The notes beneath the pieces are model-generated. The model worked only from the letters and a program-made list of their open reading frames with translations, ran no database searches and was not told the DNA's origin. A program made the position numbers and the translations under genes. A DNA stretch of 64,000 nt from Marsupella aquatica (taxonomy: Eukaryota; Plantae; Marchantiophyta). Shown in pieces: positions 49,401 to 63,537 of the stretch (position 1 is the stretch's first letter; every line of letters begins with the position of its first letter). The DNA lies in contig OZ316892.1 of NCBI GenBank assembly GCA_973895155.1, forward strand, positions 15,802,861 to 15,866,860, given 5' to 3'.

Positions 49401-50999
49401 TGTTTAAGTAAGTCACCTATTGTGACTGCCAATGTCTATACCATGGCACTCCCTAAACCTGAAGTGGAGTCTCATTGGCGAAGTTGATGTGCAACTACAA
49501 CTTTCTCTTGCCCTTTGAAGTTGCTAATACAAAAGCTAATAAGAATTGTTGCAATGTGAGATCGCGATTGAAGCTCTTAAGGTGAGGGATACTGCCAGCG
49601 AACTCCATCAATTAGACGGCCATCCCCATCATTGCCCTCGGAGTCATGCTCAATCTCCTTTTTCCTGGCCTTTCTGCTCGCCTCTCTTGGCGCTTCTCAA
49701 TTCTTTTCAATCAAGCTTCCCTCTTCTTCTTCTGTGCTACTGCAACCTCTTCCTCCTCCGGATACTAGATCATTTGCATGATCCTACCTACTCTCCTTTG
49801 CTTCTGATCAAACGCAACCAGGTCTTCATCAGGAAAAGGCTCCTCTGGAGGAGAATCAGCCAGAACCGGCATGATGTTCCCATCGGCGGAGGAGGGGTCC
49901 TGTTGCTGCTGCTCATGGGTTGCTTGCACAAGTTCACAAGAAGGAGCCATGGTGAGGACCTTTTCGGCCATTGTAACTTGCTTGGAAGGCATTTTGAAGA
50001 TTGAAAAGTTGACCTTGATTGCCCAGCCCTGCAAACGCAAAATTGTGCGCAACAAAGCTTGATGGAAAAGGCAGCCTGATTGCGCAGCAAGGAAGATCTC
50101 ATAGGAAGAATGAGAGAGAGGACTAAGCTCCCGGAGCATTTCTAGGGTGAATCTACCATGGCCCATAACAGAAATACGTGCTGGGCAGGTTGAAACTTGT
50201 GCCAATGAATGCACAAAAAGGACCTCGACAATTCCAATGCCGAAACTCGTGGCTTCTGAAGGAGCTCTGTATGTACACACGCGAGATAGTCTGGGCTAAT
50301 GTGACTTGCCTCTACTCATGAAATGCCCCAAAAACATACAAAGTATTGGGGGGATATTACCAAAGTGACTTGTCTGTACTAGCGCAAGAGATACAATGGT
50401 GCATAATTGAAATGGCATTGGTCGTGATCACAACTGGAATTTTGCAAAAAATAAAACCAACTGAATTCATCACATTGTCAAAAAAGATGCAATTATAATG
50501 ACGTACAAACTCAAATTAGACAACTGCAATTGGATACTTGCATTCATATGAACATCAAAGACTAATTGGGTATACAAAATTAAAATGTGGAACTCATTCT
50601 CAATTTCACATCCTCAATCTCAAGAGGCAATTACAAATTGTGCTATAGGTTCAGCCAAAGGGACTACAGATTTTGTGCTAGGCCATAGTCAATTTCTGCA
50701 AGCATAGATCTAAAATCCATAGGAAGCCTGTGAATTTGCTGATGGGGTATCAGGTACATATGGTGTTGCATGGTGGAATGAATTCCAGTCACTGAAATTC
50801 AAAGGTAGGTTGCCATAGTTAGCCAAATTTTCTGTAGGTATCCTCATGGGAATGTTGTGCCCTTGTACATTTTCAGGTGCACTCTCCTAAGGGGCATTAT
50901 CTGCACCAACATCAGTTGGGGGAATGAGGTGCTGCAACCGGAGTTGGTATTGGGGTTCGGGTTGCAGCTCGCCTGGAAGCAACCTCAAGAGCTCGAGCT

Positions 51000-52315
51000 A
51001 CAGCTCGCTATCCTCCCTCCTCCTCCCTCTGCAACTTCAACATGGCAATTCTCATTTCCTATTGGTCTACTCTTGATGAAGTAGTCTGGCAGTCCTCATC
51101 AATGTCACAAAGCCTGAGTGTGAGTAAAATTTGCCTGTCTTGCAATCGCCTAGCACCGATTTCTGCCATATCTCTTTGTGCATAGGCTGCCATTCTAGAG
51201 CTTCATTCATCAACTTTCTGCTTCTTTGCATTCTTATTCCCCAGTGGCCTCAACTCACCAAAATGGGTAGTCTCTTGATCAAGCTCTCCAGTGCCTTTGG
51301 CCTTGCTCATTCTCAACTTGCTCTCCACCACACTCTACATCCGGACACTCAATTCTCTTTTTCATCAGAAAAGCCCTTTCCCTTGCCCTTATGCTTCCTA
51401 GCTTTCTTTTGTGCAGCTTTCTGCTTCATGCCATCCATAGTCATTGCAAATCTAGGATAGTTTTTCAACAAATACCATTGGTCAAGGTAGCTGAAATCCT
51501 TTGCCTTTAGATGCTTTGTCACATACAACTCCTTTGCCCTGGCCACAATATCTTCCTCGTTCTCATTGGAATGACGGGCATCAACTGCTGATGCATACGA
51601 CCCTGAAAACTTGGCAACGTCGTGTTTAAAGTCGCTCCACTTGCTCTCCAAAGATCAACAGTTCCTCTTCTGTGTGTCCTGTCGTGCGCATACATATCAC
51701 TACACAACATACATCGCTTGTCACATACATCCAAACATAGTCACACTGCCACATCACAAACACAAGAGAATGGAATACAAGTGGAACTCATGTCCACACA
51801 TGTCCAAAACCCACAATAATCTCAATACAATCGGCACAACGATCCCGGTCAACAATACCCCATCGATCCCGCACCGATCCGATCACACACGTATGTCAAG
51901 CCAACGCACCTTGCACTACTCAAGGAATCCACGTTACACAAGCGGAGCTCATAGCCACCATAGCCACTCAAGCTCCTCTCTCTCCAAGGCTCAACATTGA
52001 AAGATGACCTTTCAATGCCTCACAAGTGAGAAGTACCCTCTCACACAAACCTGACGGAACCTTATCGGCTCCAATAGCACTCATACCAAACGTACATACT
52101 CTAATAGCACGATATACTACTACACTACTCAGAATGGTGTGACAGTCCTTTGGTCGATTGTTGTTGTAGTGGATTGTTGTTTGATCCCAAAACAATCCAT
52201 TCTTTTGCCCAGAACCAATGATTGGGTCTTGCGAGATGTGCATCCAGGAACAAACCAACTGCTTCAACTCAGCAGATGAGAAATTGTTGCCTCTTGCTTT
52301 GGTCGAGTCTGCCAT
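51000..52315 (-). pseudogene. PIF/Harbinger Myb-like DNA-binding (NAM-associated) protein
   Basis: RGNNFSSAELKQLVCSWMHISQDPIIGSGQKNGLFW...RPKD [insertion] TQKRNC*SLESKWSDFKHDVAKFSG...FSYLDQWYLLKNYPRF. The frame is restored when 51680-52148 is removed. Confidence 0.8.
51680..52144. mobile_element. Solo LTR, 465 bp
   Basis: TGTC...GACA termini; 4-bp TSD GTCC at 51676-51679 and 52145-52148. Confidence 0.85.
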
Positions 52316-53079
52316 CTTTGGTTACGAGGGGAATGTGCCGCAGGCCCTCAATCGTGCAATTTTTGCACAACACACGTACTTGTAGCAACACAGTTGAGTA
52401 GTGTCTGTTGATAATCCTCCAGTTCTACCACGAGGATGGTGCCCCCTAGTGAAGGCAAAGCAGTCCATATCTTCACAGATCCACAACTCTCTTCCGTGCG
52501 ATTCAAATGGAGTGTTTGAGCGGGCAGTGCTAGTTTGCGGCAGAATGCTGCGCGGGAGGTCTATTTCGGTGAGACGGGATGGTGTTTTTAGAAATACCGT
52601 GTCCCGGTGGGGATGAAAATATCCCTAGAGTCTTTCCCTGCCTAAAACCCTCACCTGGCAGCTGTTCGCCACGTCCAGTGGGGATCCTCTAAGTGCCTAG
52701 CAGACGAGCCCTATTTGGTCTCCGGTCAGCGTGTTAGCGGACATCACAGCTGGTAATAAAGCAACACTACATTACGTGGCTGATGTGTCGTTCATGGCTG
52801 CTCTAAGCCACAAAATTAGTGGTTGAAAATTTGCACAAGTCTGATTGTACGAGTATCAAGGGTCGGCCTGCTTCGGCTGAGGTGCAGGAGAAAATCGAGG
52901 ACGAAACGGACTTGAATGTCCCAATCCTTTCCCTGCTATTGATTTCAGGAGGAGAAGAGTAAGGGCCCTTAGCGAGGGAGGAGGAGCAAAATCAGTCCGC
53001 TCATCGTCTGGTTCCTTCCTATTTGAGGACAACAACAATTTCGATAGCGGCAAGCAGGGAAGCTCCGTCATCGAACAGA

Positions 53080-54814
53080 ATGCAGTCCGCTCACCTTCTC
53101 GTCGCTTCGAATTTAAGGACAACAACAATTCCATCAGCAGCAGACATAGACGTTTTGTCGTCGAGCCTCCTTAAGTTGCAGCATGGCCATGGTCGGACTG
53201 CGGCAGGTTATTCAATTGGGACGAGGGACAGGAGGCTGAAAATTGGAGCTCTACAGAAGTCTTCTGCTTCTCAGAATGCAGAGCTGCCACTATCTGTTCG
53301 ATTCGGGTGGCTTAGAACAAGCAGCAGCGCCGGAATTAGTCTTATCACTAGCCTAGGTCTGGATCACGGAGCACGTCCTGTAAGGCGTGGGAGAGGGGCA
53401 GGAGCAGCTGTGAGGATGGCGCTCGCAGTGGAGGAGGAGGTAGCGACACCATCGTGGGAGAGCCTTGCGGACAAATTGGGGGGTGAGAATTTTGGGCCTA
53501 CGGTGAGAATTGCTCAAGCTCAAGAGCGCGTTTTTGCCTCTAGCCAGGAAACGAAAGTCGTGTTTTACCGAGACAGCTGGTCCTGGTGCCCTTATTGTGA
53601 GCGGGTGTGGCTTCAATTGGAAGAGAAACAAATTTCTTACAGTGTGGAGAAAATCGACATGAGTTGCTACGGCAAGAAGCCCGAATCGTACAAGAGCATC
53701 GTGCCGTCAGGGTTGCTTCCAGCAATGAAGCTGGACGGTGAACTTATCACGGGATCGATGGACATTATGAAACGTTTGGAGGAGAAGTTCCCCGACAGTA
53801 ATCCTCTTTTGCCCAATCCGGACTCTCCAGAGTTTGCTGCCCTAGACGAACTGCTCAAACTGGAGAGGGAGCTAACTGGAGGATGGATTAGTCGGCTGAT
53901 AAGTTCGGATGGTGACGATGGATCTTTCGAGTTGGCCATGGACAGGGTCAACACTGCCCTTCAACGGTTTAGTGGGCCTTACTTCCTGGGAAGCCAAGTA
54001 CGATTCTCGTTTGCTTCCATAAGCTTGGAGTTGTTAAATTGTCTTGAAGAAATTCTGTCTCGTTGACACTCTTGCCAGGACGGTACGATTGGTCTCATCC
54101 TCTTGTTGTTTATGTTGTCTACAGTTTTCACTGATGGATGTGGTGTATGCACCATTCTTGGAGAGAATTGCAGCCAGTATGCCGTACTGGCTTGGAATTC
54201 AAGTCCGCGGAGCAAGTCGCTGGCCTGCGTTGAATGCATGGTTTGATGCTATGGATTCCAGGCCTTCGTATCAAGCTTTGAAGTCGGATGATTTCGGCAT
54301 CGCGCATAACCTTGAGCTTCAAGTGGGCCCAATTAATATTGCAGAGGCTGGAGCTTTTTACCGAGCTTTAATAAATGGGACCTATGGGAGCTGGGACTTG
54401 CCCTTGAAGCCCGAAACAACTGCTTGGGGAACAGATGATGGGACTGGCAAAGGCGGAGCGAAGGAAGAAGCTGCACAATTTATCATAGAAAATAAGGAGA
54501 AAATCTTAGAATTTGCCTTAAAGGGTCTAAATGAGGGTCACAACTATAGGGCAGTGGTCGACACAGGTTTTCGCATTGTTGCACAGGCTTTGTTAGGTAG
54601 TGTGGAGAATGTAGATGTTCCCAGATATTTTCCTAAAGAAGTTGCGATTGCAGCTGCATATCTCAAAGACAACGTTGGTGTGCCAAGGGATTTGACTTAT
54701 CCTGCCGCCAGACAACTGCGGGCTCACTTACAATGGCTGGTGAACAATTCAGGTGAAAAATTAGAAATGTTCTGCTTTTTAAGAGGAGATGCAAAACTGA
54801 CTAATTGTTCATAA
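53080..54814 (+). CDS. GSTI: Iota-class (cyanobacterial-type, CPYC) glutathione S-transferase with a transit-peptide-like N-terminus
   Basis: YRDSWSWCPYCERVWLQLEEKQISYSVEKIDMSCYGKKP...VPSGLLPA. Intron 53998-54124 (CAA|GT..AG|TTT) joins GPYFLGSQ to FSLMDVVYAPFLERIAAS, then VGVPRDLTYPAARQLRAHL. The 3' end may splice at 54752. Confidence 0.88.
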
Positions 54815-55019
54815 TGTTAGGCAGTTATCACAAACGGTTTCATGGTAGACTATGGAACCACCGAGACATACATGAAGGAATAACGCTGTCTACGGAACTT
54901 TCACCTACTACTGGAGGCCTGCAACGAGAAATGTTCTTGAGGAGGGTCGCCAGTAGATAGATTTATTTGAGTTTGAGTACTTTTCCTGACCAGCTTTTAG
55001 TGCTGTTAATGATCGCCAG

Positions 55020-56128
55020 GTTTAGGGCTCAATACAGAATTAGCAGACAATCTGGATCAGGAATCAGGATTGAATTCATGGCTGTACCCAAGCAAGGATG
55101 AGCTTCCGGATGAAAAGGAAATGACCATTTTTGACCATTTGGAAGAATTACGAGAACGACTCGTAGTGTCTGTTACGGCTGTTGGAGCTGCGATTCTTGG
55201 CTGCTTTTTCTTTGCTAAAGATCTCATCAAGGTTCTGGAGGCTCCTGTCTATGCCCAGGGCGTCCGTTTTCTCCAGCTTTCACCTGGGGAATTTTTTTTC
55301 ACAACTTTGAAGGTATGTAGCACCTCCTAATACTTTGAATCTCAATGCTTGGACTGGAAGAGAAGAACAGAGCACATGGAATTAATGTATCTCTTAAGTG
55401 CTAATGCATGCACAATTAATCAATTCGATACTTAATTCTCTTGTTGATGGCTCAGCAATGTTCCCATGCAATACTTATAATCTGCGAAATGTGCAGGTTT
55501 CTGGATACTGCGGCCTTTTAATAGGAAGCCCTGTGATTCTCTATGAGATCATAGCCTTTGTACTTCCAGGCCTTACTCGAAGCGAGAGACGGTTCCTCGG
55601 ACCTATTGTCCTAGGTTCATCTGTTTTATTCTACACCGGTGTTGTGTTCTCTTACATAGTGCTGACTCCTGCAGCACTAAATTTTTTCGTGAACTACGCG
55701 GAGGGGGCGGTGGAGTCATTCTGGTCAATTGACCAGTACTTCGAATTTGTTTTGGTGCTGCTCTTTAGCACGGGTTTATCATTTCAGGTATACCATTTCA
55801 CCCCTGAAAATTTTTGCAATCGCTTTCATCAATTCTGACCAGTCCTCAAAGCTCGGAAATTGCCCTTTGCTGATGGTATTGCTGGCTAATTGTAATGTAG
55901 GTGCCTGTAATTCAACTCTTGCTTGGGCAAACGAGGTTAGTGTCAGGGGATCAAATGCTGGCAGTGTGGAAATATGTAGTAGTTGGTTCTGTTGCTGCTG
56001 CGGCAGTTCTCACTCCATCCACTGACCCGCTGACTCAGATGCTCCTTGCATTTCCTCTCATGGGACTTTATCTTGGAGGCGCCTTCCTAGTGAAAGCTCT
56101 AGTCTCAGAAACCGACCCTAATAGCTAA
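55020..56128 (+). CDS. TATC: Chloroplast TatC (twin-arginine translocase) exons; no 5' exon of its own found
   Basis: Exons 55020-55312, 55497-55787 and 55901-56128: [27 protein letters not shown]...[23 protein letters not shown]...[10 protein letters not shown]...SFQ/VPVIQ...TPSTDPLTQ. Intact, with canonical splice sites. Confidence 0.95.
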
Positions 56129-56640
56129 CATTCTTAGAATTGGATCACCTCCAGTAAAGTGACTAGTCAGGCATCCTTGATAGTTCTGTCGAGCGCACAG
56201 ATATGCGACTGTATTGTATCAATTTTTGGAATAAATGGGGCATCTAGAGAGTCAAAATCATGGCTGAATAATGCCAGAATCAGACCACTGTAAAGCCAAA
56301 TATCAATTATCTGACATTCGATATCTCTGCCTTGGGAACCGCTTTATTGCCTTCAATATTGGCATTTACTGCAGGCGTTGATGAAATTCTTGTAGCATCT
56401 GCGCATTATCTTCGATACAATAGTCGTAATGTTAAGTCAGCGCGCTGGAAAGTCAATGCACTCATGACACTGTCACAGCGCTTGTGGAGAGGTATGGCAT
56501 GACACTTGGGCAATTGTGAAGTTCTCATTCTGGCCCCAGTTTCACACTACTGACGAAAAGTCAGAGGAGGCTTCTTCGCCCAGGAATTACGAGAAAGGTG
56601 GAGGCAAACAACAAACAAGAACAAATGTCAATGGGAAGGG

Positions 56641-56889
56641 ACTACCAAACCAGCTCGAATGGATTATGATTATATGCAGAATACACGGTCTCCAGATTGC
56701 AGATGCAAATTAAGTATGCTAAGAGCTCACCCAACCTGGGGACAAGGCATTCTAGGTACTCTATTAGGGGTCGTAATACTAAACCAGCTTGAATGGATTA
56801 TGATTATATGCATAATACTCTCTCCAGATTGCAGATGCAAATTTGCTACACTAAGGGCTCACCCAATGTGGGTACAGGGCATTCTAGGT
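56641..56889. repeat. ~135-bp tandem duplication
   Basis: aaaccagct(c/t)gaatggattatgattatatgca...ctccagattgcagatgcaaatt...gcattctaggt occurs twice. Confidence 0.85.
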
Positions 56890-59800
56890 CCTACAAGTGA
56901 TATCAAAGCTCCATGTTTGACGTTCGGTTCCTGGACAGTGGTGGATCATGGTAAAAGATTGAATCGTCGTCAACGATTGCGTGATCTTTTCATTGGTCGT
57001 GTTGCGTTAATCGTTTTGTGTTTGGAAATGGTGACAATCTCCCGATTAAAACTTTGCTGAAATATTGGACATATCACAGTGTTTCTAAAGGGTATTGTCG
57101 GGAGGATAGTTCAATGATTTATTGTGCACATCAGCAGGCACTTCATCTTGGTGAAAGTTTTGCAGCATTTCATCTGACAAGTGCGGAGCAATATCATTTT
57201 ACGTTTTGTTGTTTATAACCTAATTTCTTTGGCTATGGAATCTAAGTGCTCGGCTTGATCTCGTACAGGTCTTGGGTTGATGTTTTATTCAGAAAATGTC
57301 GATGTGTTTTTTCCTCTCTTGAATCAAAGTTGCATTTTTTTCTCAATTTTTCTTTGTTCACCTCTTGGGTCGCTTTGGGCAACAATTTACGGCGGCATCA
57401 ACAACTTTTGTGGTGGAGTATAAGTGCAAGTAAGCAGGGACAGTCGGGCACTGTAGAGGTGCGGTGTGGCTGTTAGTGAGGGCAAAGAGAAAATGACAAG
57501 TGAAGAGTGATTTTGTCCAAAAATCACATCGTGTGTAACGCTTGTTTTGAGTGGTGATGAGAAAGTTCTCCCACATAACACTATTCTATTGCAACCCAGT
57601 GGTGGTGAGAAAGTCTCCCACAAAACATTGTTCCGTGACGGTTCTTTGGTGGGAAAATAGTGACCCATGGAACACCGTTCCGTGACAACTTTGCGTTGGG
57701 GAAAACAATGACCCACGAAACACCGTTCTGCGGCGCATTTGCGGTGGGAAAACGCTGACCCACAGAACACCATTCCGCAGGTTCTTTGAGGAGAGGGAAT
57801 TTTTTTTTGTGAATAAGTTTCTGTTGAAGCAATTTTTTGCCAAATTCTTTTCAGATATTGGTAGTGTACCTTGTAGGCTACGCAATGGTGCATTACATTT
57901 CCACTTTTGCCAACTTTCATTTTAATTTTGTGATTGTGTGTAGAGGTATTTTGGTATTTGTGTTTCGTGTGTGTTTGAGTCAGTATCAATGACTTCACCA
58001 AATCTTGCGGCACCAAAGTTTGAGGTGGAGAAGTTTGACGGGAAGGTCAGCTTTAGCCTTTGGACTCAAGAGGTGACCAACGTGTTGATCCAACAGGGTC
58101 TTGAGAAGACCATCACTGGAATGAAGCCCACGACTCTAACAGATGAGGAGTGGAAAGGCATGTAGTACAATTGATTTGTTCTTAGCGAACAACATTCTCA
58201 AGAACGTGTTGGGGATGGATCGTAACGCCAAGAAGATTTGGGATACATTTACTCAGCTATACCAAAGTACTTCATTGACTACTCGCATTTACCAATTGGA
58301 GCGGCTATTCAGGTTGAAGTTGCAAGATGGTGGAAACATGCGCGATCATCTTAGTCTCTTTGATAAGATTCTGCATAAGGTGACCACGACAGGAGATAAG
58401 TTGACTGATGTTGCTTTTGAAGAGCTTTTCAACGTTGGTAACGATCATCACACATGACAAGAGTACGTTGAAGTTGGATGAGGTGAAGGCAACTGTTCTT
58501 GCGGAATGGAGCAAGCAACATCTATATGCCTGTGATGATGAGTCTACTGCCTTAATGGTTAGAGGTAGATCGACTGAACATATTGCGGATCAATCTAGAT
58601 CTAGATCTCAGAACAAATCTAAATCTAAGTCCCATAGTAAGAAGGTTCAGTGTTGGCATTGCCATGAGAAGGGCCACACCAAGTGGTCTTGCCCTTCTTT
58701 GACCAAGCATAAGCGTTCTACTTTTGATGGTGCATCTTCATCTTTAGTTGGCATAGTGATTGCTAATCATGAGGGTGGTGTTGAAGTGCTATGTATTGGT
58801 GCTGTTAATTTTGTGTATGATATTAAATGGATGTTGGATTCGGGTTTGTCTTATCACGTGTGTCCAACGCGATCTTATTTCTCTATTTACCAACCGTGTA
58901 CTGGTAGCGTGGAAACCGACAACGGAGTCCGATGTGAGATCGTTGGCATGGGGACTATTAAATTTTGGATGTTTGATGGTGTTGTGCGAGCGTTGACAGA
59001 GGTCAGGCACATACCAAATATCTCTAAGAACTTGATTTTTCTTGGTGCTTTGGAAATTGGTGGATCTAATTTCACTACACGTGATGGTGCGCTTTTTGTT
59101 GTCAAAGATGATGTATCTTTGATTGAGACGCTATAGGAGAATAATTTGTACATCTTGCAAGGAGATGTCATTGCTCCTAGAGTGAAGCATGTGGATTTTG
59201 TGGTGGAACATTTGGATGCAGTGGTGTCGCCTGGAGCCCAATCTAGTAAACTCTCTTTTGTGAAAATTGTATCTTTGGCAAGTAGAAGAGAGTGAGTTTT
59301 AGTTCTAGTTTCTACCATTCTCATGAGATTCTTGAGTATGTACATTCAAATGTTTGGGGTCCAGCGCCGGAGCCGTCGTTGGGTGGAGCTAGATATTTTG
59401 TGATATTTGTAGATGAGTACTCTCAAATGTGTTGGTTGGACTACATGAAGAGAAGTCTCAAGTATTTAAGATCTTCAAGGAGTGTAAAGCCATGGTGGAG
59501 CTACAAACTAGGAAGGGGTGGAGTGTTCGGTCAGATAACGGTGGCGAGTATAAGTCAATGAGTTTGACCAATTTGGTTGGAACCTTGGCCTCAAGCTTCA
59601 TTACATTGTACCAAAGACCCCGCAACAAAATGGAATGACAGAACGGTTGAATCAAACATTATTGGAGAAAGCACGCAACATGCTATGTAGGTCCAAGTTG
59701 CCCGATAATTTTTGGACTGAAGTTGTCAACCAAGCTGCATACGTTTACAACCTATCACCGCACAGTAGTAAGTTGATGCAGACTCCATTTGAGTTATGGT

Positions 59801-60010
59801 ATAAGAGACCTACTGATTACTCTAGATTCTTAGTTTTTGGGTGTGCTATCTATGTTCACATTGAGCAGACACACAGGTCTAAGTTGGATCCCAAGTCTAA
59901 GAAATATATTTTTCTAGGCTACAAATTGAGGGATCTTGTCGATTGCAAGGCAGTTGTGGCAGAAATATTGTTTTTGATGACGAATGGTTATCAAGACCCT
60001 GGGATAATCA

Positions 60011-60354
60011 TGTTAGATATTGCTCTAGTCTTGTGACTCATGAGCTAACCACAGTTTGTCTAACTCGGGTTAGAACTTAGCTAATGTTAGCGGTAGTGTT
60101 GTTGTGCATATAGCCAGGGCTAATGCTAGACCCTGGTGGAACTTAGGCTCATTGTTACGGAGCTAGTTGAGAGATAGGGAGAGCTTGTGCTGTGGATGCT
60201 TGGTATGGCCGGTCGGCCTAGAGTGCAGTAAACCTCTTGTGTGTTCCCGTGGACGTAGCCTCATGTGGAGGTGAACCACATATCTCTTTGTGTCGACTAT
60301 TGTGCGTTGGATGGTTCATGGGCTTGACGTTGTGAATGTCGTCTATGCTCAACA
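60011..60354. mobile_element. Solo LTR, 344 bp, inside the copia element
   Basis: TGTT...AACA termini; 5-bp TSD AATCA at 60006-60010 and 60355-60359. Confidence 0.9.
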
Positions 60355-61249
60355 AATCAGGAGGAGCAGGTGGAGGAACCCACTACGGTGGAGCTTGATG
60401 GTGTTGAGGAAGCTGTTGGTCCCTCTCATAGAGGTGCAATTCCTCAACTGAGGTGCTCCACAAGGGCCAATCTTGGCCAACCCCCTGATAGATTTGGTTT
60501 TGCAGATCCTCGTGTTCACTTGGTTGAGCACGACAATGATCCTGATGTTATTTTTGCTCACTGAGGATGGAGACGCCTCTAGCTATGAAGAAGCTATGGC
60601 CTCTCCAGAGAAGGATAAGTGGATGGAGGCAATGTTGAAGGAGATGAATTCTTTGAAGGAGATGAATTCTTTGAAGAAGAATTCAACTTGACGCTTAGTG
60701 GACATGCCTCGCGGGAAGACACTGGTTCCATGTAGATGGTTGTACAAGAAGAAGCAGGATGGCACCTACAAAGCACACCTTGTGGCCAAAGGGTACAACC
60801 AAAAGGAGGGCTTGGACTACACAAAATTTTCTCACCAGTTATCAAACTTGCTTTCCTACATGAATTGCTTGAGATGGAGATTTATATGACTCAGCCTTTA
60901 GGTTTTATTGACAAGCAGATTAGACATTTGGTGTGTTAGCTTTTGCGCTTGTTATATGGTTTGAAGCAAAGTCCCAGATAATGGAATAAGCATTTTGATT
61001 CCTTCATGTTGTCTCATGGGTCCACGGGGAATGAACATGATTGTTTTATTTAAACAAAGGAGATGGAGAATTACTCGCGCTTTGGTTACATTGTGTTGGC
61101 ACTATACGTGGATGACATGTTGATCTTGGCTGAGAACAAGTCTGATGTTGCCCATTTGAAAGCAATGGAGTAAGGAGTTTTCAATGAAGGACTTGGGTCA
61201 GGCCAAGAAGATTCTAGGAATGAAGATTCATCATGATAGGGATCAAAGG

Positions 61250-62625
61250 AGTGGTGGACCTTGCCACCCAATGCCCTCGCCAATCCCAACACCCACGTCT
61301 AAGTGTCCCTGGTGCCCAAACGCCACCACGGAATACCTCAAGCGAGCAACCTAGTGCCCTTTGCACCATCAACGTTCCCTCCCATACAAAGCCGCACTCG
61401 CTCTCCAACACGACCGCTACTCAATGGTCCTCACTGTTTGCACAAGCAACCAAGCGCCTCAGTAAGTAATCCTCCAGGATCTAGATCTCCCAAGCCTAGC
61501 ATCCTAACTCAAGCTCAACAGACATTGGTAAGTAGGTCAGCGATAGGTCCTCCCGATGCCATAAGTCGGAACCAAAATTGACGTCCACTGTTCATCCAGA
61601 ACAACTCCTTCCTTAGGCATAGCCCGGGTTTCCCCTCGTACCTATCCATCACCAATTGACTGCCCTGCCCCCAGGACATGCTCATGGCCCAAATAGCGTA
61701 GCTTGTCCTACAGTTTGTCCCAAGCTTGTCCCTACCGTTGGTACTAGAATGACCCCGACTTTAGCAACCAACTCTTGGTTCTCGCCCCACTGATGGTCTA
61801 GGGAGCGAGTGCCCTTGGAACTCAATCTCCACGCCTACTTGGCCTTGCCTCCCCAATGCAAGCTCCCTTGAGAGACTGAACGTGGCTTGGCTGCTATTTC
61901 GGCAGGATTTGGCAAGCGGGCAAGATAGCACTGCAAACCTTGAAAGCCTACGGTGCCCCTAGACCCAGATGAGCTCTAGAGGACGTAGCCCTCCTTGAGA
62001 GCTTTCCAACGCACCCAAGAAGTCCCCAATGGACTTCTCATTGTGAAGCTTTTATCGTTTCTGTTTGGCATTTTCCCTTAGTGTTGCGACCATTGCGGCT
62101 CCGCATGTCTGGGCATGCCACCAACTGGCAACGCCCATAACTTCCTAGTTAGGCGTCTGCAAGCAGAGTGCCTTAGCCCGTTGTGATCGGGCCAACCTAG
62201 TGCTCATGCCTAGGCCCTTAGATCTCATCGCCGCTTGGGGCCCCCGATCGGCCAAACCCAGATCGGGCCATAACTCACGCCCCAAACGTCCATTGCCCAT
62301 GGAATCAACTCCATTGGCCTTGGGCCCAAGAGGGGCTCTCACTCAAGCCCTCAGAACTCAAAGTCCATCTAGGGGTCCAGATGGTCGACCTTGAGCCCGA
62401 CCCTTTTTCCCTTGACCTGGCCAGCCCCCATCTAGTCTAAGTAAGTTCTTAGTGCGTGTCACCAGCTTGGCGCCTTGCCTTCGCCAGTGCCACGTCTCAT
62501 TGCCCACAAGTCTCCCCATGCTAAGTCCTCCCCAGATGGCCTATCCGGGCGTGGACCACAAGGGAGCTCGGCGTTGGAGTCAGCGACGACGGAGCTAAGT
62601 GTTAAGGTAGTCGAGTTTTGTGACT
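61250..62625 (-). mobile_element. Solo LTR of gypsy family B inside the copia RT
   Basis: Homologous to 7116-8598 with a ~110-bp internal deletion. TSD aaagg/aaaga. Removing it restores copia RT GMKIHHDRDQRQLWLS. Confidence 0.92.
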
Positions 62626-63537
62626 AAAGACAATTATGGTTGTCTTAGAGGCAATATTTGGATAAGGTACTTGCCAAGTTTGGGATAGAGAATGCAAAAG
62701 CTGTTGGTTCTCCATTGGCTTCTCATTTTAAACTCTCAAAGAATGATTACCCTTCTACTTAGAGTAATGGACTGACAATGAAATAGGTTTCCTATGATAG
62801 TGTTGTGGGTAGTTTGATGTATGCAATGACATGCACTAGACCTTACATTGCCCACGTTATTAGCATTTTGAGCAGATTTATGGCAAACCCTAGTAAACTT
62901 CATTGGGAAGCAATGAAGTGGGTATTGGGGTATTTGAAAGGTACTTTAGATTGTGGGATTCTATTTGACGATAAAACAAACTCTACATTAGAGTTAGAAG
63001 GATTTGTAGATTCAGATTGTGCTGGTAACTTGGATAATAGGAAGTCTACTAGAGGCTATGTGTTTATGTTGGGTGGAGGTTGTATAAGTTGAAAGTCGGC
63101 AACTCAATCGTGTGTTGCATTGTCTACTATTGAGGCTGAGTACATGACTGCCTGCGAAGCAACCAAAGAGCTGATCTAGCTACGGAGGTTGGTGAGTGAT
63201 TTAGGTATTTTATCGGAAAGACTGGGGCTATTGTGTAGCAGTCAAAGTGCTTTGCATCTGGCTAAGAACCCTATGTTCCATGCTAGGATAGTGCACATTG
63301 ATATTCGTTATCACTTCATCCGTGAGGTGATTAAGACAAAGCAAATATTCCTGGAGAAGGTGGCTTCAGAGGAGAATGCGACATACATGCTTACTAAAGT
63401 TTTACCTACCAATAATTTCAGTCATTGTGTGGATATTATTAATGTTACGGTCAAACCAGAGATTATGTAGATATGTTACTTAGTTACATATTGTATATCA
63501 CCTAACTTATTGTGTGAACTAGAGTCAAGGTGAAGAT

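Noticed and set aside
55020-56128. TatC and GST as bacterial contamination or recent horizontal transfer
   Set aside because: Both have spliceosomal introns, and the TatC matches the nuclear-encoded plastid type.
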